33,638 nt of DNA. Origin: Nemertoderma westbladi (Eukaryota; Animalia; Xenacoelomorpha). This document shows, piece by piece, positions 22,495-33,638 of the stretch (the stretch's first letter is position 1; every line of letters starts with the position of its first letter). The stretch lies in assembly GCA_032718475.1 (NCBI GenBank), contig JAUCBJ010006492.1, positions 1-33,638 on the forward strand, read 5' to 3'. The translations under genes and the position numbers were made by a program. Under the pieces are notes generated by a model that was given only the letters and a program-made list of their open reading frames with translations, did no database searches and was not told the DNA's origin.

Positions 22495-23192
22495 CAAGTA
22501 ATTGTTTGCCCGCATTGGTCCTGCATCATTTTGCGAGGAAACAGTCATGAGGCGGGTCCATGAAGTCCGTACCGGTACCATTATTGCTTGTTTCCTAGAC
22601 CTGCCCTGCAGGACTCCCCTGTTATCCCTCCCTAAGGTTGCCTTTTGCCCTGCTATATTGTCCACCACCTCTGATAACCCAGTCATCCACTCAGTTTGAC
22701 CTCAACATGCGTGACGCCTTGTCTGACCTGGTCGGAGATTCCATTTCCAACTGCTCGTATGACAAGTCATGACATCTAACATCCATGGGAGGACTCAGCT
22801 TACCCAAGGCAACTTCCCATGCTCCAGCCGCCCTATGTGACATCTGTCTGCCTTTCTGGGCCCCTTGCATCCCACATCTTCTCTCACATCCCTTACAATC
22901 CCCACCTACAGCCTCGCTCACATCACTGTCCCTTCTGGCCAATGAGCCCGAATGGGACATCCCACAATCTCCACTCTGCCAACCCCTGTCACCCAGCAGA
23001 AGCTCCCCCCTCTACACTCCCAAGTCACTGCATCGGCTCCAAATACTAGAGCACTGGCGAACTCCACGCTCTTACACACTCAGGGGACTGGCTGCAAGCC
23101 ATTCCATCAGACATCGTCTCCAAATACCAGAGCACTGGCGAACTCCACGCTCTTACACACTCAGGGGACTGGCTGCAAGCCATTCCATCAGA
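22495..23192 (+). mobile_element. Decayed fragment of a CRE-like (early-branching, restriction-like-endonuclease group) non-LTR retrotransposon
   Basis: Manual translation across frameshifts: RIGPASFCEETVMRRV...LSLPKVAF...QFDLNMRDALSDLVG...MGGLSLPKATSHAPAA...SAPNTRALANST...HSGDWLQAIPS. This follows the recalled post-RT motifs PIG..FCE, LPK, FD, GGLGL...HAPAA, HAGDWL..P. Confidence 0.7.
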
Positions 23193-24014
23193 GAGCTTAA
23201 ACTAAACACTTAAACTAGACAAGGAACTCGGGCTCTCTTACTTGGGGTTCGCGTGGCTACAAGACCTTCACCTTGCCCCTTGCTACAAACATACAGAACG
23301 AAAAGTAATGAGAGATCATTTTGTTGGATTTGTCTTATAACTCAAACTAATAACTTATATAACTTATGGGTTCCTATGAGGCTATTCTACATGCCAGATA
23401 AGAAAAAATTGTATTTTTCGCTATTTAATATTAGTTAATACTAGTTAGCAATGAAAAAAATTTGGTTGCGCTTAAAACCCTAAGGCTTTTACAGTTTTGA
23501 TTCTAATCACATGAAAGTTTTGAAAGCCATGAAAGGCATGAAAGCCAATAAAGGTTACGTATTTCTCGGTATTCTAGAACCAAGTACCTGGTACAACATA
23601 TTATTACAACAAACATAAAGCATAACAACTAGAGAGACTGGGTCTAGGGAACATAGGGTTACTAGGTAACATATTACAACAACACTAACTATTGCTAGTG
23701 CTGCCAGTAACGTAAGTTCATAATAAATTATGATTTTGTGTAAAGCCTCTTTGCATATTATATACTGAATATAAAACTGAACCATTTTTATGATGAATAA
23801 TATGAAAATCATTACACTTATGTAGATAATGCGGTAAATGCGTTTCATTGACGTAACTATGGTTTCCAGCACTAATTCCCATTTCTGATCCTATAATCAC
23901 CCTGTTATCATAACCCAAAGTGAAACTAAAGGATACTTTATGGAATGCAATGCATCAGGTAGTTCCTGAAGCTAATACAGGGATTGTAAATGTATCTGTA
24001 CTACATTTTTTTAG

Positions 24015-24114
24015 ACTTTGCAGTTAGAGATGAGTGACGTTAAATCTCTCCTTGAGAGAACGCGGAGGGACAAGAATACTGCCGAGAATGAAGTTGATAG
24101 GTTACGGAAACAAG
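24015..24114 (+). CDS. SCLT1: SCLT1-like exon
   Basis: tttttag|ACT TTG CAG...CAA G|gttggt; TLQLEMSDVKSLLERTRRDKNTAENEVDRLRKQ; phases 0/1. Confidence 0.8.
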
Positions 24115-24283
24115 GTTGGTTAACGAATATCGTCTCTATAACACGCTTATTGAAAATATTGTATTGAAAATATGACACGATATTACGGGTCATGGTGTAT
24201 TATTTAGTTTGGCGATGCGAGACAAAAAAAGTCAATTTTTGCCGCCAATTTTTGCCGCCAATTATTACAGTTATTTTTTTCAG

Positions 24284-24398
24284 TTCAAGCAAAAGATCTT
24301 GATGAAAGCAATACCGAGTTATACGATAGGGCTGTAAACTCTGATGCCATGGCAACTGAGGCTAGATTAAAGGCAGACACATTGATTCAAACAGTCAC
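24284..24398 (+). CDS. SCLT1: SCLT1-like exon
   Basis: tttttcag|TT CAA GCA...GTC AC|gtaagt; QAKDLDESNTELYDRAVNSDAMATEARLKADTLIQTV; phases 1/2. Confidence 0.78.
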
Positions 24399-26673
24399 GT
24401 AAGTATAATTACTGTAATAATATTATTATTAATATATTATTATAGAGTTTTATTTGTTATTAACTCTGTATGTATGTAACATAGGGTCGAACTGAGCCTT
24501 TGAAATGGCCTCCTTCAGTTGATTAAATCATTGGGGCTGTAAAAGTACTCTCTTTATTTAATAATGCACAATGGTTTAGCCATTTCTGCATAATGAGGTT
24601 CCTATCAATATAGCTAATTCATGAATGAATCACTTGATACTTTGTAGCTCCTTCTTGGATGTTTAATGGTTTCACATCCCGTACTACTTTAACTTTCTTC
24701 GGATCTGGTAAAAATCCTTCTTTGTTTATAATTTGTCAACAGAATTCAATTTCTGATTGAGCAAAACAACACTTCTTAATGCCTATATAGTTTGACCAGC
24801 GCTGATGTAGAGCTTATAACACTTGTCATAATTGTACAAAATGTTGCTCTTTATTTTTTGAACCAATGACAAACTCATCCATGTAAGATACTGAAACTGT
24901 CTCATGTAATGTGCTGTGTAATATGTACCACCTTTGATACATTCAAGGCATTCTTATTGGCTTCAATAAACCTATTGGTGTCAACTGAGTTAATAATGTT
25001 CGACTATCTGCATCCATCGGTAACTATGGTTATTATAGGCTTGAGCCATATCTAATTTCGTAAATAATAATATTGTACATCTTCGTAATTTCTCAGACAT
25101 ATTCCTCCTGTGACATCAGTGGAAAATAATCCTGGATTAATTATATATTTGGTTTAGTTATTTGGTATTAGTTAGATATAGTGAGCTTTATGAATAAACA
25201 GACAGAGAGACTGACATACAGACGGATTTAATAACCCCTGTAATGAAATTGTTACCGAAATTGTGTTTTTCGTTACTGCATTCTTACATACACATTCTTA
25301 CATATACATTCTTACATATTGACAAACCCCAAACAGAAAGTTTTAAAGGCAATGGGTCATTCCACACAAACATCAACCACAATGCAATTTTCCGATGTGA
25401 AATTTTATGGTAATTCTATGGTTTTTCGATAAGGTGTTTTGTTCTCGAGTTATGGTAACTTTTATAATTTTCACTCAAAATTTCAAATTTTTTAATTTTG
25501 CTGCAGCACCACATTTGACACCAAAAAAGACCATCAAACACCCATAAATGTGCAAATATTTTGCCATTTTCGGAATCAGCGCCGAAAATTAGCCTATAGG
25601 TATCAAAACCACAAAAGTAGAATATATATTTGAAAAATTTGAAAAAATTTTCACTTTTGGTGCATGTTTGGACAGTTGTAATCAGGATGAAATTTAAATG
25701 TCATTTTTCTCGCATTGGCTTTTTTTGGGACACTTTCTCTATTTACTTTTTAACTACTCAACGGATTTTCGTTCTGTTTGCAGAATTATGTAGAGGAATA
25801 TTCCCCGCAAAATTTGTATAGACAGAATTTTGAAATTTTGTTTAAAAAAAAAAGTTATCCCATATCCCATGTCCCATGTTAAGTTTCTGGCTAACCCCTT
25901 CATGTTGGAGACAGCTGCTGTAAAGGTAAAGTACGGACGTAAAGTACGGGACAAGATATGGAAAACATGTCAAATAGAACAATCAATGTTAAAGGTGGCA
26001 CAAATCCCCATTCTGTGTTTGTGAATTACTTAAAAATACAGGCGTGTAGTCAAGGAGTATGAATACTATTGGTTTGGCGTAGCCGTCTGGGGATTTGGGA
26101 AGCCCTGTGTGTGTGTGTGAAGTGCTTCCATATCCGTGCAATGCTAACAATGCTGAAACGCCACAATGTTAAGTATTCGTCCAGTGAAACAAAACAGGAT
26201 GGTAGTTACATGGGACAGCAGCCAATGTCATAAATATTCATTCTAGAACATAATAGTCTTACATTGCAAATTGAAGTTGAGTTGTTCTATTGGTTGTCTG
26301 ACCTGTTGGCTGGGGTTTCCCTGTGACACGGCTTCCCTCTAATAATGATAACACAATGCAATATATAACTAACTGTAGTATAATTTTTCTGTGGCATACA
26401 TTCGTTTCGTACGAGTGTATTACTCAATAGTATTGTAACTGTAGCTGACTGATGTTGTTAATAATATTCTTTATATAATTAATTATAAATACCTTTGTGG
26501 CGATTGTCTATATTAATAATTTTTGCCACTTATTTTCGACTTTGAATATAATAAATCTGTTTCAAAACTTTCTTCAAAATATAAAATTAAAAAAGTAACT
26601 GGCAGTCTAGAAATGGTCGTTTGGTCAACTGGAAGGACATATACATATATTGTATGTAGCAGAATGTATCTGT

Positions 26674-26716
<43 letters not shown>

Positions 26717-26717
26717 A
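26674..26717. repeat. (CAGA)n microsatellite
   Basis: Direct reading; similar short tracts at ~25197, ~27920 and ~32520. Confidence 0.9.
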
Positions 26718-28238
26718 TACAAAGTATAGCTTTCAGCAAATAACAAATACTTAAACAGAATTGTTTCATTTTATTGAAAATTTTAATACAAATTTGTACG
26801 TGTCCCGTACTTTACTTACACTATGTAAACACCTCTGACATTTAATTCTGTTTGATTCACGCATAATTGAAGACATATTTTATAACCTGGACTCCAGTAC
26901 ATATACGTTAAGAGTGGATTAAAAGTGGATTAAGTAAAATATCAATAACCAATTCGCTTAATTTAATCAAATAAATAATTTAGTAGAAAATTCATTTTCG
27001 TACGAATGAATCCCGTACTTTACATTTCTTTTCAAGTCTAGTTAGTACTCAATTATGTGCAAAATACAAGACTTTTCATTAAATTTGATTTAAAACTCCT
27101 AGAGGATAATTTTTCCATTTAATAAATACATAACATTCTAGAACGTATTATTTAAGAACAACAATGCCTACACAATCTTATTGCATAGCGACACATACAT
27201 AAATAAAATGTTCCAGAACATTAGTTATTAAATGTAATATATGGCCTGCAGTCAAGGCGTTCTAGAACTACAGTTTTGTTTTTCTAGAAATTCTTGTCTC
27301 CAGCAAACTATAATTAATAGTCTCAATGAATATTATTAACATCTCGTTGTAAATTGTAGTGGATGATTAAAAAAACAGACATATATACTTTTTTCAGTAT
27401 ATAATTGTAATCAAAAATCATTGGACTAAAGTTTGCCTGTACTACTGGAGAAAACCCCACCAATGATAGTCACCTTCTTTATATGTAAATTCTATGTTGC
27501 TAAGGAAAAAAACATGAAATTGAAAGTGATTCGCATAATTTATTTTTGTAGACTTTTTGGTCTTAACAAGATAATGTTTAAGTAACAAAAAATTAGTTTT
27601 GGATGGATTGCGAATTAGTTTTGGGTTACACCCCATTTTGTTACATTTGGGTTACATTTGGGTTACACCCCACATAGCGGCACATATACTTGGCCTCTCA
27701 ACAAGTAAGCCCTAACGGTCTTCTAATTAAATGTAAATTGATGATATCTCGAGAACCGATAATCGAATTTTAATTTTTTAATATTATTATCATTGTACAG
27801 TTTGGTGAATTGCATCCAACGATTTCATACAACACATATTTCGGATGACAGGTACCGGTGAAATCAGACTTTACCAAAAAACTGTCAAGCCAATATCAAT
27901 GTGCACAAACATACGTCATACAGACAAACAAACAAACAAGCAGACGTTTTTTTTGACAGCAATACGGTCTTCTAATAAAAATACTGTAATAAGCAAATTT
28001 CCAATATTTTATTATTATCAATAATTTATCAATCAATGTTCATTGATTGATGTTTTCTGTAATAATTACTAAAAAGAAATGCATTTATTTATTTCTTATT
28101 CGGAAATATAAATGTATGAAATATATATATATTATGTTTTATATTATATTATGTATATTATGCAGTACAGAAAATGAGGGTCACACACCCTTAGAGACAG
28201 TCGTTAGGATAATACGTTGATTATTGATTCCCTTGTAG

Positions 28239-28358
28239 AAAATTGGAAACTGAATTATATAGAGAAAAATCTGTGAAGCAATCTGAAGTGCGGGAGTTAG
28301 AAAAACGAAACGACAGACTCAGTGACGAATACAATACTTTGGTGGATGGAGAAGAACG
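28239..28358 (+). CDS. SCLT1: SCLT1-like last visible exon (gene should continue beyond the window)
   Basis: cccttgtag|A AAA TTG GAA...GAA CG|gtatgt; KLETELYREKSVKQSEVRELEKRNDRLSDEY; phases 2/2. Confidence 0.75.
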
Positions 28359-28606
28359 GTATGTTGTTGTATTGTTTTATTAATTTACTCTATAAATGGC
28401 ACATTTTTAGAAGTTTAGTTACACTGGCCTTGCTATTAACAATTACTATATTATTAAAACTGCTTAAATTGGTTGATGGTAAGAGTGATGATTAAATAGA
28501 AAAATCAGAAATTTTGAAGGATTATTTAATTTATATATATAAAAAGTAAATAATCTTATCAAATTAAGTTAATCTATAAAGAAGTAATATTATTATTATT
28601 ATTATT

Positions 28607-28678
28607 GTCTCCGTGGTGTAGTGGTTAGCATAGCTGAACGTTTATCGGGAGACGCGGGTTCGATCCCCGCTGGTGGCG
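28607..28678 (+). pseudogene. tRNA-like sequence (pseudo-tRNA or head of a short SINE)
   Basis: 72 nt with A box TGGTGTAGTGG, T-arm GCGGGTTCGATCCCCGC and a T run at ~28685. Acceptor stem imperfect, anticodon arm non-canonical. Confidence 0.65.
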
Positions 28679-28831
28679 AATTCATTTTTTCCGCTCCATT
28701 TGCTATAGAGTTGGATCATCCTTAGTCCTGTTTAATTACTTAATAAATTATTATTATAGTTTTTAAAATTTAAATAAACCAAAATACATCAATTTTATAA
28801 CGAAAATTATTTTAGAATTATGAAATATAAT

Positions 28832-29262
28832 CTAAGAAATTAAACACAAGTGTTTAGCGCATTTGTGAATCGAGTATCGGAGAATTCGAACGAGATTCTT
28901 TGGGTTCTCGAGTAGTTGAACCCGATCGGCGATCTTCAGTAGATCTGCGGCCTCCACGGAACCCGATATTATTATAAGATCCGATCCCTTTTTTATCCTT
29001 GTCACCAGATCTGCCTGTCGCACTCGGTCTTTGTGGTCGAACTGCAGACAGGATTTCGAACCGTCTTCGGCCACGTAGTTGAGTTGGCCCCGTTTCGCTA
29101 AGTCGTTTAACAACGGCAGGTACATCCAACCTCCAACCCAGAGATGCTTCAAAGGGTATTTAGCGGAATTATTTGCACTGAGTTTCGCATTATGTTTATC
29201 TAGTAGACTTTCCACTCCATCCACCCATTGTCTCAGCACAGTGGTGTTAAAGCGTGTCGGAC
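28832..29262 (-). CDS. Candidate terminal exon of an unidentified nested antisense gene
   Basis: Acceptor ttattgtag|GT CCG, then ~143 open codons to TAG, in a GC-richer island bounded by very AT-rich DNA. No family recognised. Confidence 0.5.
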
Positions 29263-29508
29263 CTACAATAATTATTGGGGAATTTCATAAAAGTAAAATA
29301 CATATCGACGCAAATAACAGCCGATTACTTCCAAAAAATAAAACTAGTAACCTGCTCTATTGTTACTGCTCCTAAACCTGCTCCTTTCCCAAAATTGATA
29401 ATTTCTCATTGAGGCGATAAATTAATTAACCGAGATGGGATTTGCGTAAAGTTTCCCCCTTTTACGCGTAAATACCAGAAATACAACGTTTACGGGTGTA
29501 AACGTTAA

Positions 29509-30955
29509 GCAGACACTGGTGAAGACAGTGGTGCAGACACTGGTGCAGACAGTGGTGCAGACACTGGTGCAGACACTGGTGCAGACAGTGGTGCAGACAG
29601 TGGTGCAGACACTGGTACAGACAGTGGTGCAGACACTGTCGTAGGCAGTGGTGCAGACAGTGGTGCAGACAGTGGTGCAGACACTGGTGCAGACAGTGGT
29701 GCAGACAGTGGTGCAGACACTGGTACAGACAGTGGTGCAGACACTGTCGTAGGCAGTGGTGCAGACAGTGGTGCAGACAGTGGTGCAGACACTGGTACAG
29801 ACAGTGGTGCAGACACTGGTGCAGGCAGTGGTGCAGACAGTGGTGCAGACACTGGTACAGACAGTGGTGTAGACACTGGTGTAGCAGTGGTGCAGACACT
29901 GGTGCAGACACTGGTGCAGACAGTGGTGCAGACAGTGGTGCAGACAGTGGTACAGACAGTGGTGCAGACACTGGTGTAGGCAGTGGTGCAGACAGTGGTG
30001 CAGACAGTGGGGCAGACACTGGTACAGACAGTGGTGCAGACACTGGTGCAGGCAGTGGTGCAGACAGTGGTGCAGACACTGGTACAGACAGTGGTGTAGA
30101 CACTGGTGTAGGCAGTGGTGCAGACACTGGTGCAGACACTGGTGCAGACAGTGGTGCAGACAGTGGTGCAGACAGTGGTGCAGACACTGGTGTAGATACT
30201 GGGGCAGACACTGGTGTAGACAGTGGTGCAGACAGTGGTGCAGACACTGGTGCAGACACTGGTGCAGACACTGGTGCAGACACTGGTGCAGACACTGGTG
30301 CAGACAGTGGTGCAGACACTGGTGCAGACAGTGGTGCAGACACTGGTGCAGACAGTGGTGCAGACACTGGTGCAGACACTGGTGCAGACAGTGGTGCAGA
30401 CACTGGTGCAGACAGTGGTGCAGATACTGGTGCAGACAGTGGTGCAGACACTGGTGCAGACAGTGGTGCAGATACTGGTGCAGACAGTGGTACAGACAGT
30501 GGTGCAGACACTGGTTCAGACAGTGGTGTAGACAGTGGTGCAGACAGTGGTGCAGATAGTAGTGCAGACAGTGGTGCAGGCAGTGGTGCAGACAGTGGTG
30601 CAGACAGTGGTGCAGACAGTGGTGCAGATAGTAGTGCAGACAGTGGTTCAGACAGTAGTGCAGACAGTGGTGCAGACAGTGGTGCAGACACTGGTGCAGA
30701 CAGTGGTGCAGACACTGGTGCAGACAGTGGTGCAGACAGTGGTGCAGACACTGGTGCAGACAGTGGTGCAGACACTGGTACAGACAGTGGTGCAGATACT
30801 GGTGCAGACAGTGGTGCAGATACTGGTGCAGACAGTGGTGCAGACACTGGTGCAGACACTGGTGCAGACAGTGGTGCAGACATTGGTGCAGATAGTGGTG
30901 CAGATAGTAGTGCAGGCAGTGGTGCAGGTAGTGGTGCAGACAGTGGTGCAGACAG
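29509..30955 (+). repeat. 12-bp minisatellite GCAGACA(G/C)TGGT, ~120 copies
   Basis: Tandem array of two main variants; one 11-bp unit near 29880. Confidence 0.99.
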
Positions 30956-31172
30956 TATAGGAGCAGGTTAGAAAAGGAGCAGGTTTCAGATTGAGTATTG
31001 GGGGAACCAAAACAATAAATGTTATAGTTTTGCGGGCTAAGAATTCCTGAGACCTTACTGTAGTTAGTGAATGTATATCCCCAGATGGAGACAATAACTA
31101 AATTAGCTCGTTTTATTATAATAAGCAGTGGCTCCAGTAAAGGTAAACAAATTAAACATACTCTGTATAAAG

Positions 31173-32399
31173 GGTCTTGGGACGTTAGTGCCCGCGTGAT
31201 ATTAGTGCCCGCGGGCACTAATGTCTCAGTACCTTTAGTGCCCGCGGTCACTTAGTCGCATTATCGCGGGCACTAATGTCCCATGGGACGTTAGTGCCCG
31301 CGAGACGTTAGTGCCCGCGAGACATTAGTGCCCGCGAGACATTAGTGCCCGCGAGACATTAGTGCCCGCCTAGCGACTTCTGTAATTAGTATATGTAATA
31401 AATACTAGAGGCCAGGAAGACATTTCCCTTTTCTTTAGTTCCTGCTGATGCAAACGAGTCGTTACTTTCTTCAAACTTCTAAGGTAATTTCCAGTATTTA
31501 GTTCCCGCATCTCGTTATTTAACATTTTATTTTCAACTTTGGATCTTTTATGATTAAAAAATATATTAACCTCAGTTAGACATCGTAGCATTTATATTAT
31601 TTGGTTTTGCGGTAAAGTTTTCAAGGCATGAGGATTAAGCAACAGCGTTTGATTGTTTATAAATAACCTACTTTTGATTGATTATACTTAATTTTTTGTT
31701 GAACTTTACTGGAGACAGTGTGTAATAAAAAAAACAAGGTGCAGTACTACAGTATAATCGTCGGAGGACGCACTAACCAATATATTTTAGTAATTAATTA
31801 ATGATTTCAAGAAAAATACGCAGTCGACTGTCTGACATTTTGTCAACGATTTAAAAGTAAAGTTAATTAAATTAATTTAAATTAAGTTAATTAGTTAATT
31901 AAATTAGGGAATTAATTACATTAGTGTATGTTAATGGACGCTTTGGTTGAATGGGGTATAAGTAAGAAGAAATACGGATTGCCTTATACTAACTTCCAAA
32001 TACAATGCGGGGTGCGGGCACTAATGACTCGCAGGCACTAACGTCTCACTTGCAGACAAGGTCCTCGGGCACTAATGACTCGAGGGCACTAACGTCTCAC
32101 TTACAGACAAGGTCCTCGGGCACTAATGACTCGAGGGCACTAACGTCTCACTTGCAGACAGGTCCCGGCACTAATGACTCGCGGGCACTAACGTCTCACT
32201 TCAGACATGTTCCCGGGCACTAATGACTCGCGGGCACTAAAGTCCTGAGACATTAGTGCCCGCGGGCACTAACGTCTCGCGGGCACTAAAGTCCTGAGAC
32301 ATTAGTGCCCGCGGGCACTAACGTCTCGCGGGCACTAAAGTCCTGAGACATTAGTGCCCGCGGGCACTAACGTCTCGCGGGCACTAATGTCCCCCAATC
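31173..32399. mobile_element. 1227-bp non-autonomous TIR transposon (MULE/Foldback-like) with 17-bp subterminal repeats and an 8-bp TSD
   Basis: GTATAAAG at 31165-31172 and 32400-32407; ~75-bp imperfect TIRs (GGTCTTGGGACGTTAGTGCCCGCG... / ...CGCGGGCACTAATGTCCCCCAATC); arrays of TTAGTGCCCGCG / CGCGGGCACTAA; no transposase ORF. Superfamily is inferred. Confidence 0.85.
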
Positions 32400-32933
32400 G
32401 TATAAAGTAGGTCATGTATAAACAATCAAACATTGTCGCTTAAACCTCATTCCTTGGAGACATTGCTGCTTAGAATTTATTAGAAGACAGTCAGGGCTTA
32501 TTGCTGTCAAAAAAAACGTCTGTGTGTTTGTCTGTATGTATGGCTTGGAAGGGTAAGAAGTGCTCTACTTCATGGCCAACTATACAAAGAAATGTATCGA
32601 TTATTTGGGTTATTAATTATTTAAGCGGGTAAAATTAAGCTCTTGCTGTATAAAAATAGCACAGGTCGATTCGCCGTGTCCCATTCTCACAAAGTTTATA
32701 TTATATTCGAGTGTTTAATATAAAGATGTATGATTATTTATTGATTGAAAATAAAATAGTGTATAAATATGTAATATTCCCTCACGCAGCCTGAACTTTG
32801 CCTATGGTAGCGAATAGGGAAGGATTTTCTCTGTATCATAGCAACGTTGTACAGTATAATTATTTAACTCTGGCTAGCTGGGAAGACAGGTAGCAAGCCG
32901 GTTGGAGTGTTGAGTGTGTCTCAGTAAATCAGT

Positions 32934-33638
32934 CAGTGTCTGCACCAGTGTCTGCACCAGTGTCTGCACCACTGTCTGCACCACTGTCTACACCAGTGTC
33001 TGCACCACTGTCTGCACCAGTGTCTGCACCGGTGGCTGCACCAGTGTCTGCGCCAGTGTCTGCACCACTGTCTGCACCACGTGTCTGCACCACTGTCTGC
33101 ACCACTGTCTACACCAGTGTCTGCACCAGTGTCTGCACCAGTGTCTGCACCAGTGTCTGCACCAGTGTCTGCACCACTGTCTACACCAGTGTCTGCACCA
33201 CTGTCTACACCAGTGTCTGCACCAGTGGCTGCACCAGTGTCTGCACCAGTGTTTGCACCACTGTCTGCACCAGGTGTCTGCACCACTGTCTGCACCAGTG
33301 TCTGCACCAGTGTCTGCACCAGTGTCTGCACCACTGTCTGCACCAGGTGTCTGCACCAATGTCTGCACCACTGTCTGCACCACTGTCTACACCAGGTGTC
33401 TGCACCACTGTCTGCACCAGTGTCTGCACCAGTGTTTGCACTACTGTCTGCACCAGGTGTCTGCACCACTGTCTGCACCAGTGTCTGCACCAGTGTCTGC
33501 ACCACTGTCTGCACCAGGTGTCTGCACCACTGTCTGCACCAGTGCCTGCACCAGTGTCTGCACCAGTGTTTGCACCAGTGTTTGCCCCACTGTCTGCACC
33601 AGGTGTCTGCACCACTGTCTGCACCAGTGTGTGCACCA
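32934..33638 (-). repeat. Second array of the same 12-bp unit, inverted and open at the window end
   Basis: GTCTGCACCA(G/C)T tandem is the reverse complement of the 29509-30955 unit; includes 13-bp variants (CCAGGTGTCTGCA). Confidence 0.98.

Noticed and set aside
28607-28678. Functional tRNA gene
   Set aside because: Mismatched acceptor stem and no canonical anticodon stem-loop.
29509-30955. SMAD-binding (CAGAC) enhancer array
   Set aside because: A 5-bp motif in a tandem repeat is not evidence of function.
31085-31142. Next SCLT1-like exon (ccccag|ATG...AAAG|gtaaac)
   Set aside because: In the required phase it hits TAA after three codons.
29422-33636. Long ORFs (SAPL/SAPV, LHHC, CTTV, VQTL) as mucin-like or metal-binding proteins
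   Set aside because: The 12-bp unit lacks stops in most frames on both strands, 11- and 13-bp units shift the frame freely, and no supporting splice sites were found.

Overview
AT-rich, intron-containing eukaryotic (very probably invertebrate animal) DNA; nothing prokaryotic and no CRISPR. Two genes lie head to head. On the minus strand is a 2-exon Ldh_2-family (type-2 malate/L-lactate dehydrogenase-like) oxidoreductase (9668->7939). On the plus strand is a coiled-coil gene that I read as an SCLT1 homologue: nine GT-AG exons in consistent phase between 10501 and 28358, both ends missing. The rest is repeats: an ~8 kb 28-bp satellite (1-7982), a 2.4 kb 17-bp minisatellite, two inverted 12-bp arrays, two near-identical tRNA-derived SINEs, L2, RTE and CRE-like retroelement remnants, MITEs, a ~750-bp foldback, and a 1.2 kb TIR element with an 8-bp target-site duplication. 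Most striking: (i) the satellite is continuous with the dehydrogenase ORF, supplying its last codons, its stop and an AATAAA in essentially every monomer; (ii) the TIR element carries an inverted, uninterrupted homologue of the sequence it inserted into; (iii) the SCLT1-like introns hold several large inverted repeats, including an inverted SINE pair around one 70-nt exon. All family assignments come from recalled motifs; no search was run.
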